Assembly (NCBI GenBank): GCA_054661495.1
Contig: BAAFSQ010000225.1
Span: 1 to 16,284, forward strand
Length of the DNA stretch: 16,284 bases
Source of the DNA: Zygophlyctis sp. KS116
Lineage: Eukaryota; Fungi; Chytridiomycota
Direction of reading: 5' to 3'
Positions 9,709-16,284 of this stretch are shown here, one piece after another. The notes under the pieces were generated by a model, which had not been told where the DNA came from, made no database searches, and saw only the letters and a list, made by a program, of their open reading frames with translations. Made by a program: the position numbers and the translations under genes. Numbering within the stretch: position 1 is the first letter of the stretch; the number at the start of each line of letters is the position of its first letter.

Positions 9709-10498
9709 ATAAGTTTTTCGCATTCTCTGTCGTCATTTCCAGTACTAAATCTAGTGAAATTTCCTTGATTCTAGCAATCTCCTTTGCAGAAATCTGTACA
9801 TTTCTAGGATGATTACTTTGATCTATAATTGGACCTAATGCCGGAGCATCACTTTCCAATAATAAATGTGTTAGCGGTACATTTTTAGCCAATTTCTGGA
9901 AATGTTGAGATCGTACAATACAAGGAGGAATACTAAAAAATAAACCTTTAGATACGCCTTCTAAAGCATAATTAATTCTACCATCAAATGCATGCAACAC
10001 TGCTCTTGATTGAGATTCATATAATTCCTTTATAACATAATGTCCAGCATTCCGAGAATGAACATTCTACATTATTAATTTGATAGATTGTACTAATGGC
10101 AGATCATATTCTTTTCCATATTCTATATGTTTTCTAAATACTAATTGTTGTGATTCCCTTTTAATGATTTGATCCTTTGGAATCATTTCCTTTGGAATCG
10201 CCTTGAATGAGTAATCTAATCCGCATTCTCCAATACCAACCAAATCCGACTTGTTCCGTTTAATCCATCCATCAAATTCAGAGAGTTTGTTTGTAATTGT
10301 TTCAGGATCTAAACTGCTGACATATTCAGGATGTAGTCCTGCACAGGCTTTGATGAATGGGAATTCCCTTGATAAATCCAAAATCGTTTGCGCTTCAAGC
10401 ATGGTCTCAGAGACTGCTATCACTATTAGATATTGAGGGACATCATCATTGCAAGGTTGAAAGGCTGGAGGATAATAGTGTGCATGGCAATCAATCAT
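9698..10498 (-). CDS. TatD-family metal-dependent nuclease (TATDN3-like)
   Basis: Exons 10498-10094 and 10066-9698 give 257 aa. Motifs: IDCHAH, AGLHPE, GIGECGLDY, LPL|NVHSRNAG across the splice junction, LHAFDG, LLLESDAP, TTENAKNLF. Confidence 0.9.
10067..10093 (-). other. TatD intron, 27 nt
   Basis: GTACAATCTATCAAATTAATAATGTAG; length 3n with the terminal TAG in frame; removal yields conserved LPLNVHSR. Confidence 0.9.
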
Positions 10499-10668
10499 TT
10501 AAACTCTAAAAAGTCTATCCGCAAGATATTTACCTTTTATAAATGCAATCAATGCAAGATTGTCCGATCAAGACCGATATCAACGATTATTAATTCGACT
10601 TAATATTCTATAATTTCAAAGACACAAGATCAAAGAAACTTATGAACCATGGGGTTTTTCAGTAGAAA
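10499..10668. promoter_or_regulatory. Divergent promoter region TatD / RRP40, 170 nt
   Basis: Head-to-head starts; TTTTATAAA at 10535-10543 reads TATA-like on both strands; four CAAGAY copies. Confidence 0.55.
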
Positions 10669-11358
10669 ATGATTCTTTTGCCTGGTGATGAAATAGATGG
10701 ACAGGGAATACAAACGATTGGTCCTGGATTAGTCTTTGATGATTGCATTAGATCCGTCAAGGCAGGTCTTGTTATTAATGAGAATGGAAAGGCATATATG
10801 GACAATAGGCAGAAGAGGTATTTTCCTTCTCAGGGAGATTGTGTGATTGGCATTGTAACAGCAAGGATTAAAGATGGTTATCGGGTTGATATCGGTTGTT
10901 GGACTAATGTAAATTTAGATGCATTATCATTTGAAAATGCTACAAAGAGAAATAGGCCCAATTTAGAGGTATTTTCTATTTTTTTAAAATGATAGTTGGG
11001 ATCTGTTATTTATTGTAGAGTTTCTAGAGCAGATTATAATGTTGATCCTGAAATTAGTTGCATACATCCAGGTACTGGAAAATCACAAGGATATGGTGTG
11101 TTGGAAGGAGGTTATGTTATAAAAGTATCTTTGGACATGGCTAGAAAATGTTTAGATTCAGACTTTATCATCTACAAACTTGCTAGAAAACATTTTGAAT
11201 TTGAAGTTGCAGTTGGGATAAATGGTAGAATTTGGATCAATGCTGAAAATGCAAAGATTATATTCTTAATTTCTAATTTTATTCAGAGATCTGATGGTAT
11301 GCCAATCTCAAAAATATCAAAAATATTTAAGACTATTCTAAAATATATAGAAACTTAA
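10669..11358 (+). CDS. RRP40: Exosome complex RNA-binding subunit Rrp40 (EXOSC3)
   Basis: Exons 10669-10968 and 10996-11358 give 220 aa. Motifs: LLPGD..IGPGL, QKRYFPSQGDCVIGIV, YRVDIG, FENATKRNRPNLE|LGSVIYCRV (S1), FEVAVGINGRIWI (KH). Confidence 0.93.
10969..10995 (+). other. RRP40 intron, 27 nt
   Basis: GTATTTTCTATTTTTTTAAAATGATAG; length 3n, contains in-frame TGA TAG. Confidence 0.9.
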
Positions 11359-12738
11359 TCAAGTTTATTTTCTTTTAAAAGTTTGCTTGTTGAACGAGTT
11401 AGTTTGGGTTCAATTACTGGTTCTGAACTTGGAGATCTTTTTCTTGATCTTCTATCTAGATCTGGTAAAACAAATTTATAGGTTATGTATAATACAAAAA
11501 GTGTAATACCAATTGTCCATCCAAGAATAACAGCAGGTGGTGTTGGTTTTGGAAATTCATTCCTTCCAAATTTAATACAAACCAAGAGTTCACACATGAT
11601 TGTTGCTGCAACCATCCAAGAATGAACACCCAATTGTTTACATCTAGCATCTGAAACATACTGATATAATTCACGAACTGCCGGTAGAGAAAAGAAAAAG
11701 AATAATACTAACCGTATCTTTAGATAAATGTGATCAACAGGTATCCAAAGCAGATATTTTAGATAAAATATATTCAGCTCACATTGCAAAGCCAAATATA
11801 ATAGTATTACAACCGACATAAAGTTTTTAAACGTTTTTGTTGTACCCCAATCAAAAGCAGTCCAAGAATGTGGAGTAAACTGCTGCATAGTTCGTGATAA
11901 CTTTCCTGAATAATTTGGAATATCCTTGATTCCTATACAAGTTGTAAGATTTATTATTACCTCTCCATGAATATTTCTTTAATTCAAAATATTCACATGT
12001 TTTCATTCCAAGATACAATCCTAACCAATTTGTCAATAGTACATCTAAAATCCAATGATCCCACCAACACTATTTCATTAAGAAATATATTTAAGCAATA
12101 CCTCTGCGAAATTTGGTAATTGATGTTGAAGAGAATACTCCATAATCTCAAACATTACTGATAAAATCCAACAAAACCAAACATCACGCAATATTATAGC
12201 CTTGGCAAACCATCCAACTGTATGTGCCCAAACAAAAACATCCAATTGAGATGTTATAGACTTATAGTTTAAACTACAATCTTCAGCATAAGATCTCTCT
12301 GGTAATCGCGAACCTAGAGAAGGATCTAATAGTCCAAGCCATTCTCTTACATTATCCTTTTTCTGAAAGAGTATAAAACTCATCATCATTAAATACGCAA
12401 CATTTGCGGCTAAAACCATTCTCCAAAATCCTGGATGCGGCCTAATAAACGGACCGTCTCTAAATTCCTATTTTAAGAATTGAATAATTACAATAATCCC
12501 AGTGATCAGTATTACTAACAACATTCCCCCAATACCAAATTTCACATTTAATACCAGATCAGTATCAACTAGAGTATAAAATGCTGAATATGCAACGAAC
12601 ACTAGAAATCCAACCAACTTTGCATTAGATCAATTTACTTACAAGAGTTATCGTTCTCGGCTGATAAAAGAAATTGATCGTTGGCTCAATGATATCATGA
12701 TACTCATAATACCAAGACTCTCTTCCGTTTTCAGTCAT
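11355..12738 (-). CDS. Phosphatidylserine synthase, serine base-exchange type (PTDSS1/PTDSS2, PSS family)
   Basis: Exons 12738-12643, 12617-12492, 12467-12102, 12069-11961, 11932-11355 give 424 aa. Motifs: [60 protein letters not shown]|[27 protein letters not shown]. Multiple hydrophobic segments. The first two exons are not in the ORF track. Confidence 0.92.
11933..11960 (-). other. PSS intron 4, 28 nt
   Basis: GTAATAATAAATCTTACAACTTGTATAG; gives [25 protein letters not shown]. Confidence 0.88.
12070..12101 (-). other. PSS intron 3, 32 nt (longest in the window)
   Basis: GTATTGCTTAAATATATTTCTTAATGAAATAG; removal rebuilds the conserved NFAECWWDH motif. Confidence 0.92.
12468..12491 (-). 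other. PSS intron 2, 24 nt
   Basis: GTAATTATTCAATTCTTAAAATAG; length 3n with in-frame terminal TAG; joins TGII-EFRDGPF. Confidence 0.85.
12618..12642 (-). other. PSS intron 1, 25 nt (AAG acceptor)
   Basis: GTAAGTAAATTGATCTAATGCAAAG; textbook GTAAGT donor and CTAAT branch motif; joins PRTITL-LVGF. Confidence 0.85.
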
Positions 12739-12872
12739 TTCCTCTGATTGTGATTGTATCGGCTGTATTTATAGCGATCGTAGAAAATGTGAATGACAAC
12801 TGACGCAAGATCAATTGGAACACTCGGACTGGGTTAAATCTTAGGCTGACCGGACCGACGAGAGCGGTAGTA
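12739..12872. promoter_or_regulatory. Divergent promoter region PSS / CHL1, 134 nt
   Basis: Head-to-head starts at 12738(-) and 12873(+); TATAAATA on the minus strand at 12766-12773; CpG-rich relative to flanking coding DNA. Confidence 0.55.
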
Positions 12873-15316
12873 ATGAATTTCAATTTTCCCTTTGATCCAT
12901 GGCCAATACAAGAGGGATTTATGAAGGAATTGTTTGATTGTTTAGATCAAGGAAAGATTGGGATATTCTCTTCGCCAACCGGAACAGGAAAATCACTTTC
13001 TATGATCTGTTCAGCATTGACTTGGCAATCGAATTATAAGGAAGAAATTGATCTGCAGGGACTCGATAATGAACCGGCATGGGTGAAAGCATTCGCAATG
13101 TCTAAAACTAAACCAGAAAAGAGATCGGCACCTGAAATAGTCAGAAACTCTAAAAAGATTAAAGATGTTTTATTGAAATCTAGAGTTAATCCAGTCAAAT
13201 CAGCTAATGTACGTGTGGGATCGGACACAACTCAAACTGTATCGCAAAAATCAAAATCATTAGAATCTCTAGACTTGAAGTACATGGTTGATGATTATGA
13301 ATCGGACAAGGAGACAGATTCAATTTCTAGATATTTGGATAATGATCAGGAGAATGAAATTCTACAAGAGGAAATGCAGGTTTTTTACTGTTCAAGGACA
13401 CATTCTCAACTCTCGCAATTTGTAAAGGAAGTTAATAAGACAGTCTACAAAAATATCAAGGCTGTAGTTATTGGATCTAGGAAATCTACTTGTATTAATC
13501 AAGATGTACTAAAATTAAAATCTCTGACTAGGATTAATGATGCATGTTTAGATTTACAAAAGAAAAAGGTTAAATGTAAATATTATTCAGAATTTGCTGC
13601 AAACAAGAATAGCTTTGTTCAAATGGCTCATGATTCAGTAAAGGATATTGAAGAATTGGCAGAATTAGGAAGAGAAGTTAATCAATGTTCTTATTATGGT
13701 TCAAGAGAAGCTATAAAGTCTTCTCAGGTATGTTTCTAAGAGTAATTGTTTAGTTGATTGTTCTACCGTATAATTTAATTCTACAGAAATCTGCTAGAGA
13801 GTCTCTAGGAATAAATCTGAAAAATAAAGTGGTTATTTTCGATGAAGCTCATAATCTGATTGATGCTATATCTGCAATTTACTCTGTTATTGTTGAAAAG
13901 CCTGTTATTGAACGTGCAAAAGCTCAATTAGGTGTGTATCTGCAAAGGTACAAGTCAAGATTATCTGGGAAAAATTTAATATATATTAAGCAGATTCAGA
14001 CATTGTTGGATTGTTTAATACAAAACTTGACAGATATAGAAAAACGAAATGGTAATTTTTAAAAAATAATGAATCAGATAAAGTTGAATCCATTCTAACA
14101 GTGAATGATTTTGTTCATGATCTTGGGATTGATAATCTAAATCTTTTCAAAATTGAAAAGTATTTAAAGGAAAGTAGGCTCGCACAAAAATTAAATGGAT
14201 TTGTCGTGGACGTTGCTCAAGGTCCTGAAAAGGGTGCCAGTGTCGTTTCTAGCGAACATTTTATTCCCAAACATGTCTCTTCACTTCAGCAAATTCAAGC
14301 CTTTCTGATGTCTTTGACTAATTCAGAAGTTGATGGACGGATTCTTGTGAAAAGAAATGGTACTTAAAGTAAATAATATTCCAGAAAAGAAGGAATTAGT
14401 ATATAGATATGTACTTTTAAATCCAGCAGGTAGTTTTAAAGATATTGTTGATGATGCTAAATCAGTTGTACTTGCTGGTGGTACTATGGATCCAATTCAA
14501 GATTTCATTTCCCAGTTATATCCTCATGTTCCAAAAGATCGTCTTGTACATTTTTCATGCGGGCATGTTGTACCTAAATCATCATTACTTACACTTTGTA
14601 TTGGTAATAGTATTGATGGTTCAGAATTTCTTTTTAATAATGAAAACAAATCTAAAAAGAAGCAGGTATTCCATGAAGAGTAATGATAGATTATTGATCT
14701 GGGAACAATGATGGAAGAATATTCTCGAATCATACCTGGTGGAATTGTAGTATTTTTCTCCTCCTATGCATATCTTGATTTTGTTTATTCTACCTGGAAA
14801 GAATCTGGTTCAATTTCAAAAATCGGATCTAGAAAAAAGGTATTTATTGAACCTCAGGGATCAAGTGAATCTGATAAAATCTTGAAAAGCTATGAACAGC
14901 ACATCATTTCCAATAGAAAAACACCGTATTTGGGCTCAATTTTATTAGCAGTTGTTGGAGGCAAAGTAAGTGAAGGAATAAACTTCTCTGATGATCTTGG
15001 ACGTGCTGTTTTTGTAATCGGACTACCATTTCCTAATCTTGGATCTATAGAATTACAAGAGAAATTAAAGTATTTAAAGGATGGATCGCAGGAATACTAT
15101 GAAAATCTCTGTATGAGAGCAGTAAACCAGTCGATCGGACGTGCTATTAGACATATTAAAGATTATTCTTCAATTATATTAATAGATTCCCGATGGGCTG
15201 GTAAAATAAAGAAAAAATTACCAGAATGGATACTTTCAGGAAATATTCATCATTGCGATTATCAAGCAAGCACCAACAAAATAGTAGATTTCTTCAAGAC
15301 AAAACTCGGAATGTGA
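12873..15316 (+). CDS. CHL1: ATP-dependent Fe-S DNA helicase Chl1/DDX11 (XPD/Rad3 family)
   Basis: Exons 12873-13727, 13754-14051, 14078-14359, 14385-14665, 14690-15316 give 780 aa. Motifs: SPTGTGKS, YCSRTHSQLSQF, Fe-S cysteines (STCIN, NDACLDL, KCKYY, QCSYY), VIFDEAHNL, LAGGTMDP, FSCGHV, VVGGKVSEGINFSDDLGR, MRAVNQSIGRAIRH. Confidence 0.95.
13728..13753 (+). other. CHL1 intron 1, 26 nt
   Basis: GTATGTTTCTAAGAGTAATTGTTTAG; joins SSQ-LIVLPY. Confidence 0.9.
14052..14077 (+). other. CHL1 intron 2, 26 nt
   Basis: GTAATTTTTAAAAAATAATGAATCAG; joins KRN-D-KVESILTVNDF. Confidence 0.85.
14360..14384 (+). other. CHL1 intron 3, 25 nt
   Basis: GTACTTAAAGTAAATAATATTCCAG; joins KRN-E-KKELVYRYVLLNPA. Confidence 0.85.
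14666..14689 (+). other. CHL1 intron 4, 24 nt
   Basis: GTATTCCATGAAGAGTAATGATAG; length 3n, ends in three consecutive in-frame stops TAA TGA TAG; joins KKQ-IIDLGTM. Confidence 0.88.
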
Positions 15317-15575
15317 TTAACTAGCATGTGCCGGCCCATTACTATCTTTAATTTTCTAAATCCCTTTCAATTTGACTCGACGGAGCACTGAATTCTATAA
15401 AGATTTCATTGTAGCGATAAGTAAAATTCATACAACAGCTCTGCAATATTCTAAATAACGATGCTTCTCTTCCTTTCCAGGATATCTTTCCTAGATTTGA
15501 TTTAAAAGTAAAAAATGCACAAGCGTAGCTTTAGAGTTATATACAAAAGTTCATATATTGAAAAAAAATAGAAAT

Positions 15576-16130
15576 TCACAGGTATTTACCGTCAATTCTT
15601 ATGGCATTTGGGTCCGCACCATCAAAACCACCAGACTCCACACATGACTTGACCATAAGTAATCCTGATATCACTAACGAATCTTCCTCGGGTAGACAAT
15701 GAAGACCCGGTTCGCATTGGATGCTTTTTGAATCGCACTTTTTCCCATTTCCTACGTACTGAATAGCATGACATCTTTTTCGATCCCAGAAACGTTTCTT
15801 ATCACAACTTTCATTAATAGCACAAGCCCGACGATCGCTGCATATTGGTTCTTTTTCTTTGATCGCTTTACATGTAAAAGTTGTCAGGTCACATCTGAAA
15901 CCTGATTGGCAAATCTGGTAACTCTGATAGCATTTCTGACCTTCTTTTCCTGAAGCTATTATACATTTAGTTTCTCCCTCAGATTCAGAGCCTTCTTGAT
16001 ACCAGCCACAGTCCCCTGAAATGCATTGATGATCATAGTAACATATTTCTCCTAATTTCTTTTTGGATTCAGTAGTCGCAGCAGTTGTTAGCTGAAGCAA
16101 GGCAATCGCTAGAAAAATAATTGACTTCAT
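15576..16130 (-). CDS. Secreted cysteine-rich repeat protein (184 aa, 16 Cys in four 4-Cys modules), function unknown
   Basis: The real ATG is at 16130 in AAAAATG context; the track's 16160 start is a TTG. MKSIIFLAIALLQLTTA has the form of a signal peptide. Modules follow C-x5-6-C-x4-5-C-x6-17-C. No transmembrane or GPI-type hydrophobic tail is visible. Confidence 0.8.
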   Translation of the reverse strand: MKSIIFLAIALLQLTTAATTESKKKLGEICYYDHQCISGDCGWYQEGSESEGETKCIIASGKEGQKCYQSYQICQSGFRCDLTTFTCKAIKEKEPICSDRRACAINESCDKKRFWDRKRCHAIQYVGNGKKCDSKSIQCEPGLHCLPEEDSLVISGLLMVKSCVESGGFDGADPNAIRIDGKYL

Positions 16131-16284
16131 TTTTAAAAAATGACTTGGCGTAAGATGCAAACGGCATCAAAAATATCTAAAAATAGAATGAGAAAGTCGA
16201 AAAGATTCGAAATACAGGGATCAATCATTTTTATTCATTAGAATTAACATCAGATCTTAAAATCTTCAAATCCTGATCAACAAT

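Noticed and set aside
1-12738. Functional lipid-signalling cluster (DIP2, CRAL-TRIO RhoGAP, PSS)
   Set aside because: The genes are interleaved with unrelated RNA/DNA housekeeping genes, and nothing in the sequence supports co-regulation without synteny data.
8199-14733. Short ORFs 8199..8384, 10251..10436, 11483..11674, 13034..13228, 14445..14711, 14524..14733
   Set aside because: Antisense or alternative-frame shadows inside well-supported genes, with no independent evidence.
1-15316. Fragmented ORFs read as pseudogenes, sequencing frameshifts or stop-codon reassignment
   Set aside because: Each break is precisely repaired by a 24-32-nt GTA..AG intron, the spliced CDS lengths of the complete genes are multiples of three, and many breaks change frame, which readthrough cannot explain.
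7400-15316. Prokaryotic operon or defence island (miaA, tatD, DinG-like helicase, tight spacing)
   Set aside because: Spliceosomal introns, the eukaryote-specific MOD5 zinc finger, RhoGAP, RRP40 and an SR protein show a eukaryotic nuclear locus, and the helicase carries Chl1-type motifs.
15317-15575. Possible tRNA or ncRNA in the CHL1 / Cys-rich spacer
   Set aside because: No cloverleaf, T-loop (GTTCRA) or convincing stem; consistent with two convergent 3' UTRs.

Overview
This window is eukaryotic, AT-rich and very compact: about 90% coding, with nine protein genes. By gene content it most plausibly comes from an early-diverging (zoosporic/chytrid-like) fungus, which is an inference. The ORF track looks fragmented because five genes are split by 18 ultra-short GT-AG introns of 24-32 nt (mean about 26 nt). 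All begin GTA, and removing them restores continuous reading frames. Gene order: DIP2/CMR2-like (-, 8 introns, runs off the left edge), RNPS1-like SR/RRM protein (-), MOD5/TRIT1 tRNA dimethylallyltransferase (+), BCH/CRAL-TRIO-RhoGAP (+), TatD (TATDN3-like) nuclease (-, 1 intron), exosome subunit RRP40 (+, 1 intron), animal/plant-type base-exchange phosphatidylserine synthase (-, 4 introns), CHL1/DDX11 Fe-S helicase (+, 4 introns), and an unassigned secreted protein with four 4-Cys modules (-). The most notable points are the miniature intron architecture, a 16-nt same-strand gap between RNPS1 and DIP2 with the DIP2 frame open back into the RNPS1 coding sequence, convergent genes with overlapping stop codons, and the Cys-rich secreted protein. 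I saw no mobile element, CRISPR array, rRNA or tRNA.
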